DNA from: an uncultured Poribacteria bacterium
GTDB taxonomy: Bacteria; Poribacteria; WGA-4E; WGA-3G
DNA length: 64,000 bases
Assembly (NCBI GenBank): GCA_951813545.1
Contig: OX638352.1
Location: 3,728,767-3,792,766 of the forward strand
Reading direction: 5' to 3'
Positions 30,433 to 40,497 of the stretch are shown here, in pieces. Each line of letters begins with the position of its first letter. Position 1 is the first letter of the stretch. The notes beneath the pieces were generated by a model. It was not told where the DNA came from and did no database searches. It worked only from the letters and a program-made list of their open reading frames with translations. The translations under genes and the position numbers were made by a program.

Positions 30433-32275
30433 TATGCATAACCAAGGTGCCGTTGAGGTAAACGACAAGGCATTGATTGTGGATATGGTGCGTGCAGCGG
30501 GCAACCATTCCGGTGTCAATATAAACCCACTGTCCGATAGCCAGGAGGGATCCCAATCCACCCGGGCAGATGAAGTGATTAAGAAATGGATTGATGAAAA
30601 TGGAGAATCAATCGTTGGTACTCGCGGCGGTCCCTTTAATCCTACCGATCAATATGTAACCACCTACAAGAATAATAAAATCTATGTTCACGTCCTTTCC
30701 TGGGGTGGAAAGAACAACATCATACTTCCAGCAATCATTGATCGGGTGGTGAAAAACGCTTGGATCCTCGAAAATCCGGAAGCAGATGGTGCATCGTGGG
30801 GAATCGTGCGCCAGCATCCATGGGGGCTTTTGATTGTAGTCCCGGAAGACTATCAAAATGGCGTTGATGACATTATCGTTCTTGATATTGAAGGGGATCC
30901 TGCTACCCTTAAGAAGCCACAATTGATTGAGGCAGATCCATCAACAGTTATTTATCTTTTCGGGAACAGTGCCAAGGTAGATGGCGGTCTTGTGCACTTG
31001 CAAGCGCAGGACTGGATTGAAGGTTGGAATAAACCATCCGCTTCACTTTCATGGAAGGCGAAACTCCCGATGTCTTCTGATTACGAGCTTGCGGTCACTT
31101 ATACTGCGGATGCCGATGCAATAGGCTCGAAGTTCGAGATTGTTGCAGGACAAAACAGAATCACTATGACAGTCCGCCGAACGATCGGATGGGCAGGAGA
31201 TTCGCAGAACTTTGAAAGGATACCGCTTCAGGGAACATTGCACCTGCCTATAGGTGAAAGCACAATTACGCTTCGTCTTATCGGAGAAGCAAAATCCAAG
31301 GCGAACGTGAAAATCCATTCTCTTGAGTTGATTTCGTCCGGCGCGGCAAAGACAATGATTGCCTCAAGGGAGAAGGCGCAGCAGATGCGTGCGAGTACCG
31401 ATTGGTTCATTGAAGCAAAGTACGGCGTGATGTTCCATTGGTCAACAACGACGCAGCCGTTGCGGGGTCCCCAAAAACCTTACCCGGAGGCAGTGGAGGC
31501 TTTTGATGTCAACGCTTTCGCAGATATGGTGAGTGAAACCGGAGCGGGCTACGTCATTTTCACCGCTGTCCACGGAATTATGCATTTCCCTGCTCCTTTA
31601 AAATCGGTTGAAGCGGTTATGTCGGAACGCACGTGCAAACGCGATCTGATTGGAGAGATGGCGGATAAACTGAATGAACGCGGCATTCCGCTCATTCTTT
31701 ACTTTCATCACGGTGTTGGAGATTCTGAGTGGGTGAAAGCTGCTGGATTTTTGAGTAAGGATAAATCTCGGTTCTTCAAAATCGAGCGTGATATCCTTAC
31801 TGAAATCGGGCACCGATACGGTAAAAAGGTTGTGGGATACTGGTTCGATGATCGGTATCCGCTCCAACCCTTTGAAGAATTGTATGAGGCGACCAAAGCC
31901 AGTAATTCTGATCGCATCGTCGCTTGGAACAGTTGGATTCTCCCCAAAACGACTGAATTTCAAGAATACTACGCTGGTGAGTTTGGCGGTGCGCTTGTAA
32001 ATCCACCAGCAAGTTTCTTTGTTGAAGATGGCAGCGCAAGTGGGCTACAACCGCATGGTTTAATCTTTCTTGACGATCCTTGGCAGCACGGATATCCAGA
32101 TACCGATATTGCCCCGCCTTTATTTACTACGCAGCAGATTGTCGATTACGTGCAGATGTGTATTGCCCAAAAACTCGTAATTACAATGAATATAGGGATC
32201 ACTCAGGATGGAAAGGTCTCGCCTGCGACACTTGAACAGATGAAAGCTTTGCGGCGAACAATCCGAGCGGAATAG
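30359..32275 (+). CDS. GH29 alpha-L-fucosidase-like protein with rearranged domain order
   Basis: C-terminal half has WF.EAKYG.MFHW, GAGYVIFT..H and GYWFD; N-terminal part has W..ENGESI.GTR plus a beta-sandwich. Confidence 0.7.
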   Translation: MLRPFFAILLALSCVVSIATTQEEIMHNQGAVEVNDKALIVDMVRAAGNHSGVNINPLSDSQEGSQSTRADEVIKKWIDENGESIVGTRGGPFNPTDQYVTTYKNNKIYVHVLSWGGKNNIILPAIIDRVVKNAWILENPEADGASWGIVRQHPWGLLIVVPEDYQNGVDDIIVLDIEGDPATLKKPQLIEADPSTVIYLFGNSAKVDGGLVHLQAQDWIEGWNKPSASLSWKAKLPMSSDYELAVTYTADADAIGSKFEIVAGQNRITMTVRRTIGWAGDSQNFERIPLQGTLHLPIGESTITLRLIGEAKSKANVKIHSLELISSGAAKTMIASREKAQQMRASTDWFIEAKYGVMFHWSTTTQPLRGPQKPYPEAVEAFDVNAFADMVSETGAGYVIFTAVHGIMHFPAPLKSVEAVMSERTCKRDLIGEMADKLNERGIPLILYFHHGVGDSEWVKAAGFLSKDKSRFFKIERDILTEIGHRYGKKVVGYWFDDRYPLQPFEELYEATKASNSDRIVAWNSWILPKTTEFQEYYAGEFGGALVNPPASFFVEDGSASGLQPHGLIFLDDPWQHGYPDTDIAPPLFTTQQIVDYVQMCIAQKLVITMNIGITQDGKVSPATLEQMKALRRTIRAE

Positions 32276-32425
32276 TTTTCAGTCCTCAGTTAAGAGTCCG
32301 TTGTGGCAATCGCGAACGTTTACCACTGCCACAAGGTTCTCTGACTGACAACCGATGACTACTCTTTTGACGACTGAGAACTACTAACAGTGCCCGTGAC
32401 TTCAGGACGTATTGGAGATTAATCG

Positions 32426-33784
32426 ATGAAGCGTGAACAGCACCTAAATTTAGTAGTTCCTGTATCTATCTTTAGTTTCATATTTGTCTTGGTGTTTGCT
32501 GCACTCACTGTTCCAGCAGACTCCAAAACTGAGGTTGACTTTGAAACACAGATTTTACCTATCCTCCAAAACCGTTGCTTTAATTGCCATAGCGCGCCAA
32601 AGGTAGATGCCAGCGGCATCATTACAAAACCGAAGGGTGGGGTTCAACTGGATAGCGTGAAAGGCGTTGAGGCGAGCCTGCACGGAGAAGTGATTGTCGC
32701 TGGCGAACCTGAGGATTCCCTTCTCTACCAACGTATCACGTTACCCGAAGGCGAAACCGGTATCATGCCACCGCCGGAAGCCGGTGATCCATTGACGGAA
32801 CAAGAAATTGGTCTTATCCGAAAGTGGATTGAGCAGGGAGCAACCTATGGAGAATGGAAGGGAAATCAATCGGATCTTAAGCCATCGACGACCAACACCA
32901 ATCTACACCAACCTACCGTCATGCCACCGATTACGTCTCTCGCGTTTTCACCGGATGGAAAATCTGTCGTTGCATGTTCCCAAGCGGGGTTACACGTTTA
33001 CGATTTCCCCACACTCAACCTACAGCGGATGATTAAGGCAGAAGCACGCAATATACATGCGCTCGCGTTTTCACCTGACGGCGATCGGTTGGCTGTTGGC
33101 GGCGGAAATCCAGCAACTAAAGGCATCATAGAAATTTTTTCGTGGCCAGAGGGAAAGTCAATCCATGTTTTGAGAGAGCATCGGGATTCAGTTACGGCTG
33201 TGGCATGGCAGAATACGTCATCACTTGCATCGGCAAGCCTGGACCGACGCGTCATTCTTTGGGATTTGCAAACTGGTACCCCCATCCAGCAGTTGGAAGG
33301 TCATTCAAAAGGGGTATCATCCCTCTGTTTCCTAAATAATAAAGAAATACTCGTAAGCACTGGGATAGATCAGAGTGTCCGCGTTTGGGATCTGACATCT
33401 GGTGAGTTGATTCGGAGTATGAACAATCATACGCTGCCAGTGCATGATCTTGCCCTGCGTCCAAGTGATGAGGGGCTACCTGTAATCGTCTCGGCGGGTG
33501 ATGACCGTACCGTCCGATTCTGGCAGCCAACTATTGGTCGCATGGTAAAGTTTGCACGGCTCGAGGAAGCACCGCTTGACACGGCATGGTTGAGCGACGG
33601 TTCAAAGGTTGTCGCCGTGTGTACCGATGGTGCTGTTCGTCTGGTTGATCCAGATTCCGTAGAAGTTACGGATGAGATTCATGCGCTAAACGGTTGGGCT
33701 TACTCGCTTGCCGTTCACCCAACGAATAGTAGTATTGTTATCGGTGGACCGAACGCACAGATCCGACGGATTATGCTGAAGTAA
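32426..33784 (+). CDS. Planctomycete cytochrome c domain plus WD40 repeat protein
   Basis: VDFETQILPIL..RCFNCH, MPP and IRKWIEQGA; LAFSPDG, GH and WD repeats. Confidence 0.9.
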   Translation: MKREQHLNLVVPVSIFSFIFVLVFAALTVPADSKTEVDFETQILPILQNRCFNCHSAPKVDASGIITKPKGGVQLDSVKGVEASLHGEVIVAGEPEDSLLYQRITLPEGETGIMPPPEAGDPLTEQEIGLIRKWIEQGATYGEWKGNQSDLKPSTTNTNLHQPTVMPPITSLAFSPDGKSVVACSQAGLHVYDFPTLNLQRMIKAEARNIHALAFSPDGDRLAVGGGNPATKGIIEIFSWPEGKSIHVLREHRDSVTAVAWQNTSSLASASLDRRVILWDLQTGTPIQQLEGHSKGVSSLCFLNNKEILVSTGIDQSVRVWDLTSGELIRSMNNHTLPVHDLALRPSDEGLPVIVSAGDDRTVRFWQPTIGRMVKFARLEEAPLDTAWLSDGSKVVAVCTDGAVRLVDPDSVEVTDEIHALNGWAYSLAVHPTNSSIVIGGPNAQIRRIMLK

Positions 33785-34040
33785 CCGAAACTTTAATAAA
33801 TCGGGCTTACAAGGTTTCCCTCACACAAGAAATTCCCCCTCCATAAGAGTCCTTAGCAACATATCCTCATGTCATTTCAACGACAGTGCCTAACCCTTTC
33901 ACTTCCACTGCTGCAAGTTCCATTGATGCAGCGACTGCATCTGGCACCGCCACACCTACCGATTGAAAACGTGATTGCCTTCTCTAACTGGCATCTGGAC
34001 TTATCTCCGTTGGCAACTTCACCGATGCTTCTGACACATT

Positions 34041-34979
34041 CTATTGAGCACGCAAGGCTTCAAGTTCGGTGCGAAAAGTTGGCATGTCATTGATTCTTAC
34101 TGCACCAGTGGCGTTAATGATAGAGTCGTAAGCGATTGACCCTGCCCCTCCGACAAACAGGGCAACATCTTCTTGAATTCCACGTCGAATTTTCCGTAAT
34201 TCATTTGCTATATGTGGATCATCTATCGGGTAAACGATACTCAACCCGATCGCCTTTGCTTCATTTTGCGCTGCACACCCTATAATCTCTTCAGCTGGCA
34301 AGTTGGGACCGAGGTAGGTAACTTTCCACCCTTGCGACGCTGCAGTGGTTCCCGCAATTAATGCGCCGATTTCGTGGAGTTGACCCCGCGGTGTCGCGAC
34401 CACTAAGTTTGGCATTGAGGCAGATACATCAGCTCCTTGGCAGATATTGCCCAACAGTGTCCGGACAACTGCTGTGGCAAGATGTTCGTGGGCAATCCGC
34501 AAAGTTCCTGCCTTCCACTGTTCACCAATTTCCTGCATCAGGGGTGCGATCAACTTTTCGAGGAAAACAGGCTGGCTGAAAGCGGCTGATGCAGCGAAGA
34601 GTGTTGACTCAAGTGCTTGCGCCTCAAACTGCTTAACCGCTGCGATGCACGAAGCGATGTAAAAACGAACGGATGTTTCTTGTGAGACAACCTCTTTCGC
34701 GATTGCAGGAGACTGGGCAATCGTGCCTTCCGTTCCAATGCGTTCCAGAAGTTCTTCGGTCGGTAAATTTGCTATGCATCCAATGCTATGCCCTGCCTCA
34801 GTCGCCAGACGAAGCAATGTGAGCCGCGATATATCCGCATCGGAATAGAGACGACGATTCGTTGCGGTTCGCAGCGGCGTGACCACATCATATCGGTTTT
34901 CCCATGCCCGAATGGTAAATTGTGTTAATCCTGTCTGAATGGCAACGGTTTTAATACCGTGTTTGTGTTGATCTGTCAT
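34041..34979 (-). CDS. carH: MerR-family B12-binding photoregulator (CarH/LitR-like)
   Basis: IRAWENRY..P.RT..N.RLYS HTH; W-x9-EH (WKAGTLRIAHEH); QLHEIG B12-binding His; YLGPNLP and VGG; divergent from the crt genes. Confidence 0.8.
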   Translation of the reverse strand: MTDQHKHGIKTVAIQTGLTQFTIRAWENRYDVVTPLRTATNRRLYSDADISRLTLLRLATEAGHSIGCIANLPTEELLERIGTEGTIAQSPAIAKEVVSQETSVRFYIASCIAAVKQFEAQALESTLFAASAAFSQPVFLEKLIAPLMQEIGEQWKAGTLRIAHEHLATAVVRTLLGNICQGADVSASMPNLVVATPRGQLHEIGALIAGTTAASQGWKVTYLGPNLPAEEIIGCAAQNEAKAIGLSIVYPIDDPHIANELRKIRRGIQEDVALFVGGAGSIAYDSIINATGAVRINDMPTFRTELEALRAQ

Positions 34980-35017
34980 CAGCCTCTTCCTTTTTTCCGC
35001 TTGTTATCTTACGATTT

Positions 35018-35058
35018 AGTATAACATTATATATGCTATTTGTCAATAATTTTGTCTA
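35018..35058 (-). promoter_or_regulatory. Probable carH promoter with TnGACA repeats
   Basis: Minus strand TTGACA (35046-35041), 17-bp spacer, TATACT (35023-35018); TAGACA just upstream. Confidence 0.6.
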
Positions 35059-35199
35059 AATTTTAAAATTAAGACGGAGGAGAAATCTTAATTTCCTTTC
35101 GATCTGATTATCTGTGATAGGTATTCGTTGCGTAATTTTGTGCTATTTCCCTACATAATTTCTATACAAAATTTGATTAACGATAGTATAAATTTTTTC

Positions 35200-35236
35200 T
35201 TGACATAATATAGACAATATGTAATAATAATGTACA
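35200..35236 (+). promoter_or_regulatory. Probable crt operon promoter and CarH operator
   Basis: TTGACA at 35200 and TAGACA 11 bp later at 35211; TGn-AATAAT extended -10 at 17-bp spacing. Confidence 0.6.
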
Positions 35237-35297
35237 TGGAGATTTACGCCCTAATTTAACTTGAGAAATTATACCGATACGAAGGAAATGAATATCA

Positions 35298-35837
35298 ATG
35301 ATACAAGAGCATGTCATACTCGTAGATCATACGGGCAGAGAAATCGGCACGCAAGAAAAGCTGCAAGCACACCGTGAGGGTAAATTACACAGTGCATTTT
35401 CGATCTTTGTCTTTAACACCGTAGGTGAATTATTGCTTCAGAGACGGGCATGGACAAAATACCACTCCGGTGGACTGTGGACGAATACGTGCTGTAGTCA
35501 TCCACGTCCGGGCGAAAGTTATTATCGCGCAGCGAGGCGACGACTCAATGAGGAAATGGGTTTCGATTGTGAATTGACTGGGCTTTTTAGTTTTATTTAT
35601 CATACGCAACTCGACAATAGCCTATTTGAACACGAACTGGATCACGTCTTTGTTGGGCACTATAACGGTCAACCTACTCCGAATCCGAACGAAGTTGATG
35701 ATTGGAAGTGGATGAACATAAACGTGTTGAAGCAGGATGTTCGGGAGAATCCGGAAAATTACACGTACTGGTTCAAACTGACGTTAGATCGTGTCGTTAA
35801 ACAGTCCGAGAAAATCAGTTTTTGTGATGAAACTTAA
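35298..35837 (+). CDS. idi: Isopentenyl-diphosphate delta-isomerase, type 1
   Basis: LHSAFSIF, WTNTCCSHP and EHELDHVF motifs. Confidence 0.95.
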   Translation: MIQEHVILVDHTGREIGTQEKLQAHREGKLHSAFSIFVFNTVGELLLQRRAWTKYHSGGLWTNTCCSHPRPGESYYRAARRRLNEEMGFDCELTGLFSFIYHTQLDNSLFEHELDHVFVGHYNGQPTPNPNEVDDWKWMNINVLKQDVRENPENYTYWFKLTLDRVVKQSEKISFCDET

Positions 35838-36390
35838 CCGATGTGTTTATGTCAATTTAATATTCGTATTGCTTTTCTCGTTGCGAGTTGACGGTGCTGC
35901 ATCTAACAAGTCAGTGGAAGAAATGTTGGAAGTTGCACGAAAGCAATTCTATGCAGCGATCGAAAATGAAAAGTGGATTGAGCCGACAATTGAGTTGTTT
36001 GAACGGATTGGGCAAGTGGAACCAGAGTATGCTGGACGTACACAGGTCTACATCGGTGCACTTGTTGCCCTCAAGGGTAAGCATGCGTTTTTCCCGCACA
36101 CCAAACTCAAGTGGACGAAGCGCGGTTTAGCAATCATGGATGATGGCTTAAAGAAAGCACCAGCAGACATTGAAGCACTGTTCATTCACGGAACAACTTG
36201 TTATTACTTGCCGTTCTTCTTTAAACGTGGTGATGATGCGCAGCGCGATTTCAGGAAAATTATAAAATTGATGCCACAGCAGGTGGATACCTATGACCTT
36301 AAGTTAATCAAAAATGTCGTTGTGTTCTTACTTGAAAATGTGAAGCTGACGGATGATGAGAAAACATATCTCCACACACTTTTTAAATAA
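35827..36390 (+). CDS. Hypothetical exported helical (TPR-like) protein in the carotenoid cluster
   Basis: Signal-like N-terminus; overlaps the idi stop; YLPFFFKR motif. Confidence 0.6.
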   Translation: MKLNRCVYVNLIFVLLFSLRVDGAASNKSVEEMLEVARKQFYAAIENEKWIEPTIELFERIGQVEPEYAGRTQVYIGALVALKGKHAFFPHTKLKWTKRGLAIMDDGLKKAPADIEALFIHGTTCYYLPFFFKRGDDAQRDFRKIIKLMPQQVDTYDLKLIKNVVVFLLENVKLTDDEKTYLHTLFK

Positions 36391-36535
36391 CTGGCCTCTG
36401 GGCATCGTTCCACTTCGTTTCACGATGGTTTATGGTCAATTTCAATAGGGTCTGTTGCCAAAACGCTATTTGAAACTATCGGAAACCACCGCGTAATGAA
36501 ATGGAGCGGTGTCCAAGTGCCGAATCATTTAAAAA

Positions 36536-37219
36536 ATGAAATTTGAATATCTTCTGTTTAATCTTGTTGTTATTATCGGACCTGTTGTATCCCAATTCAG
36601 TCGTCAGATTAGACACGTTTCACACTGGCGATTGAAACTACTCGTGAGTGGAATTGTCATGATTCCGTATATTATATGGGATGCCATTGTTACTGGTTCG
36701 CATTGGTGGTTCAACGAGGCGTATACACTCGATTTTCGATTGTTAGGTTTGCCGATTGGGGAGTGGCTCTTTTTTCTTACCGTTCCATTTGGATGTTTGT
36801 TGGTATGGGAGACACTACCGCATGGCGATAGTTGGTTAGTCCAGTTGAAATTCCTTCGGTACATCAGAGCGGTTTTATATGCTATACTACCGACCAGTGT
36901 ATGGATTTTCAGTACGGGTAGGCAGTACACCGGACTGGTTCTATTGTGCTTAGGACTCATTGGAATAGCAGATATGTTATTGAACGTTAATCTACTTCTA
37001 CAACCGAAGACATATCTCTATCTGGCAATTGTCACTGGTTTGATTTTGGTGTTCAACGGTTACCTCACAGCGCGACCGATTGTTTTGTATGGCGAGGCGT
37101 ATCAGAGTGGTTACCGAATTTTGACGATCCCTATTGAGGATTTTGGATACGGGTTCACACTGATGCTCTTTAACACCTTACTTTATGAAAAATTGAAGGC
37201 GGTTTGGCATGAAAAATAA
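36536..37219 (+). CDS. crtY: Lycopene cyclase, fused CrtYc/CrtYd type
   Basis: Two repeats with LPIGEWLFF and IPIEDFGY motifs; highly hydrophobic. Confidence 0.85.
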   Translation: MKFEYLLFNLVVIIGPVVSQFSRQIRHVSHWRLKLLVSGIVMIPYIIWDAIVTGSHWWFNEAYTLDFRLLGLPIGEWLFFLTVPFGCLLVWETLPHGDSWLVQLKFLRYIRAVLYAILPTSVWIFSTGRQYTGLVLLCLGLIGIADMLLNVNLLLQPKTYLYLAIVTGLILVFNGYLTARPIVLYGEAYQSGYRILTIPIEDFGYGFTLMLFNTLLYEKLKAVWHEK

Positions 37220-38702
37220 AGGGGTGGCAATTATCGGTGGTGGACTTGGAGCACTAAGTGGTGCGATTCGACTCGCGCGATTAGGATTTTCTGTTCAGTT
37301 GTTTGAGAAGAATGAAAAAATCGGTGGTAAGGTAAACGAAGTCGCTTTAGGAGGCTACCGATTTGATACTGGAGCGTCTCTATTGACAATGCCATCTGTG
37401 ATTGATGAACTGTTCGATTTTGCTGGTTTTAACCGGTCAGATTATCTCGATTTCGTGCCGATTGACCCGATATGCCGATACTTCTTTTCAGATGGCTCAG
37501 TGATGGATGCAAGTGCCGACAAAGCGAAGATGAAAAACGCTATCGCACAGCTATCAACTGATGACGTGGAAGCGTATGAACGGTTCTTAAAATACGCAGA
37601 ACGTATTCACGACGTAACAGCCGAAATCTTTATGTTTACACCGATCCATGAGTTCAAGAAACTCATAAAACCTCGGCATTTTCAGACACTTTTCAGGCTT
37701 CATCAAATTGATCCGTTTCGGACTGTGCACCAAAGTGTCTCCCGTTTTTTCTCCGATCCGCGCCTCATTCAACTGTTCGATCGCTACGCCACTTACAACG
37801 GTTCAGATCCGTTTCAAGCACCCGCAACCCTTAACATAATTCCGTATATCGAATATGGGTTAGGAGGGTACTACATCAAAGGGGGTATATATCGTTTGAT
37901 TGACGTGTTGGAATCGGTAGCATGTGGGTTAGGGGTTCGGATTCAGACATCAGCAAAAGTTGAGAAAATCTGTCACGATGGTAAGCGAGTCAGTGGTGTG
38001 CAAGTTAATGGTGAAAAAGTCGAAACGGATTATGTACTGTGTGGTGCAGACGCAGTCGTAGCACATGATGAATTGATTGATGGGTATCAACATCGATCCA
38101 AGAAACTAAATCGGTTGGAGCCGTCGTTGTCAGGAATGGTGTTCCTGTGGGGTGTTAGTGCCAAACACCAGAAGTTAGCGCACCATAATATTATCTTCTC
38201 CGGCGACTACGATGCGGAATTTAAGCAGATTTTTAAACACCAGCAAGTACCAGATGATCCGACTATCTATATCGCTATATCGAATAAAACGGATGTAGGA
38301 CATGCCCCGGCTGATGGCGAAAATTGGTTCGTGTTGTTGAACATGCCGTATTTGGCACCCGGACAGATATGGGAAAAAGAGAAAGTTCGGATGCGATCCG
38401 TTGTTCTGAATAAATTAAAGCAAATTGGTCTTGACATCGCGGATCGAATTGAAGTGGAGCAGGTTTACACACCGGAGGATTTTTCTGAACTTTATGCCAG
38501 CAATCAGGGGAGCATTTACGGTATATCGTCAAATAGCAGAACGACTGCGTTCAAGCGTCTACCGAACCGCAGTCGTGTCTTGGAAAGGCTTTATTTCGCA
38601 GGAGGTTCGGTGCATCCGGGAGGCGGGATTCCATTGGTGATATTATCTGGAAAAATGGCAGCAACGTTGATTGCGGAGGATCACGCATCGAAGGACTTTT
38701 AA
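37209..38702 (+). CDS. CrtI-family carotenoid desaturase/oxidase (probably CrtD-type 3',4'-desaturase)
   Basis: IGGGLGAL, FDTGASL, RYATYNGSDP and GGSVHPGGGIP motifs. Confidence 0.8.
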   Translation: MKNKGVAIIGGGLGALSGAIRLARLGFSVQLFEKNEKIGGKVNEVALGGYRFDTGASLLTMPSVIDELFDFAGFNRSDYLDFVPIDPICRYFFSDGSVMDASADKAKMKNAIAQLSTDDVEAYERFLKYAERIHDVTAEIFMFTPIHEFKKLIKPRHFQTLFRLHQIDPFRTVHQSVSRFFSDPRLIQLFDRYATYNGSDPFQAPATLNIIPYIEYGLGGYYIKGGIYRLIDVLESVACGLGVRIQTSAKVEKICHDGKRVSGVQVNGEKVETDYVLCGADAVVAHDELIDGYQHRSKKLNRLEPSLSGMVFLWGVSAKHQKLAHHNIIFSGDYDAEFKQIFKHQQVPDDPTIYIAISNKTDVGHAPADGENWFVLLNMPYLAPGQIWEKEKVRMRSVVLNKLKQIGLDIADRIEVEQVYTPEDFSELYASNQGSIYGISSNSRTTAFKRLPNRSRVLERLYFAGGSVHPGGGIPLVILSGKMAATLIAEDHASKDF

Positions 38703-38784
38703 TTATGGACTCCTGGGCTACGCTTACGCGCAGATTTCTGGGAAAAAATAAAATGTCTTGTAGTATAAACTGTTAGTTTGTGTG

Positions 38785-38899
38785 ATACCATTTCTATAAA
38801 ATAACATACCTTTTAAGAAATAGCTGGTTCGTAGTCGCGCAATTTATTGCGCCTCGGACATTCTAATTCGAAAGGGAAATTCATTTATAGAATTGGTAT
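38785..38899. repeat. MITE-like inverted-repeat element between the two desaturase genes
   Basis: ATACCATTTCTATAAA ... TTTATAGAATTGGTAT. Confidence 0.6.
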
Positions 38900-39003
38900 G
38901 AGGTTAACGAAGCCGTAGCCTGCAACAACGGCGCAGGCGGATATACGGAAATGAACGTTATCGATCCAACCTACCTCAACGAACCGCAAGGTATAATTAA
39001 AAT

Positions 39004-40497
39004 ATGAAACGGAAAATTGTCATCATCGGTTCAGGATTTGGCGGACTCGCAGCAGCGATTCGACTGCAAGCGCAAGGCATGCAAGTCACGCTTCTGGAGA
39101 AGAATGCGAAAGTTGGTGGACACGCGTATCAACTTGTTAAAAACGGCTACACTTTCGATATGGGACCCTCAATTATCACCGCGCCTGATTTGATCCAACG
39201 TGTGTTTGCGTCTGCTGATACGCGGATGGAAGATTACCTTGATTTGGTAAAACTCGACCCATTTTATCGTATCTACTTCCATGACGGTACATCTCTCGAT
39301 TATACGGACAATGGCGAACAGATGAAACGACAGATGGCGCGATTCAGTGCGAAAGATGCTGATAACTATGATCGCTTCATGGCACATACACGTCAACTTT
39401 ACGATGCTGTCATCACGGACGGATTAGGTGCAACCGCCTTTGATTTACCGACGATGCTCGGCTTTCTGCCGCGTGCTTTACGGCTTCAAGCATTGATGCC
39501 TGCTTATGATTTCGTTAAGAGGTATTTTGAGGACCCGCGCCACCGTTTCACCTTCTCATTTCACCCGTTGTTCATCGGCGGCAATCCGTTCCGGGCACCA
39601 GCGGTTTACCTCATGATTCCGTTTCTTGAAAAAGTTGGGGGTGTCTGGTTCTGCAGGGGTGGCATGTATAGCCTCGTACATGCGTTAGAAGACGTGTTCA
39701 AGCAGCTCGGTGGTGTCGTCGAAACCGATACAGAAGTTGAACGGATCGTTGTTGAAAATCGGCGTGCAAAGGGTGTTATTGCGAACGGACAATTTTACGA
39801 AGCAGATGGCGTTATTTCCAACGCCGATCTGGCACACACCTATGGCGAACTTATTAATTCTGAACATCGTAGGAAATGGTCTGACAAGAAACTCAGAAAG
39901 ACCCAATATTCGATGAGTGCCTTCCTGCTGTATCTTGGTGTTCGTAAAAAATATCCGCAACTGAAGCACCATACGCTCATTCTTTCTGAAAGATATAAAG
40001 GGTTGATAGATGATATTTTTGACAATAAAGTGCTTCCAGACGATTTTTCAATGTATCTCCATATTCCATCGCAAACCGATCCATCAATGGCACCGAGAGG
40101 CTGTGAGAGTATGTACGTCCTGATTCCGGTGCCGAATTTGGAGGGCGGTGTCAACTGGAAAAAGACAAAGGCAGCGTATACGGACAGGGTGTTGACGTTC
40201 TTGGAAAACGACTTTGGGTTGGCAGACCTAAAGCGTTCGATTGAAGTGCTTGAAACGTTTACACCTTCAGATTTCAAACAGAAACGGAATAACCATCTCG
40301 GTAGTGCATGGGGCGTTGAGCCAAAACTGACACAGACAGCGTATTTTCGACCCCACAACCGAAGTGAAGATATACAGAAACTATACTTTGTCGGCGCAAG
40401 TACGCATCCGGGTGCGGGCGTACCGGGTGTTCTACTGACAGCAGAAACGACGGTCAAGCTTGTCGTCAAGGATTTAAATGCGGAGGATTTATCATGA
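39004..40497 (+). CDS. crtI: Phytoene desaturase
   Basis: IGSGFGGLAAAIRL, FDMGP, SFHPLFIGGNP and GASTHPGAGVPGVL motifs. Confidence 0.92.
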   Translation: MKRKIVIIGSGFGGLAAAIRLQAQGMQVTLLEKNAKVGGHAYQLVKNGYTFDMGPSIITAPDLIQRVFASADTRMEDYLDLVKLDPFYRIYFHDGTSLDYTDNGEQMKRQMARFSAKDADNYDRFMAHTRQLYDAVITDGLGATAFDLPTMLGFLPRALRLQALMPAYDFVKRYFEDPRHRFTFSFHPLFIGGNPFRAPAVYLMIPFLEKVGGVWFCRGGMYSLVHALEDVFKQLGGVVETDTEVERIVVENRRAKGVIANGQFYEADGVISNADLAHTYGELINSEHRRKWSDKKLRKTQYSMSAFLLYLGVRKKYPQLKHHTLILSERYKGLIDDIFDNKVLPDDFSMYLHIPSQTDPSMAPRGCESMYVLIPVPNLEGGVNWKKTKAAYTDRVLTFLENDFGLADLKRSIEVLETFTPSDFKQKRNNHLGSAWGVEPKLTQTAYFRPHNRSEDIQKLYFVGASTHPGAGVPGVLLTAETTVKLVVKDLNAEDLS

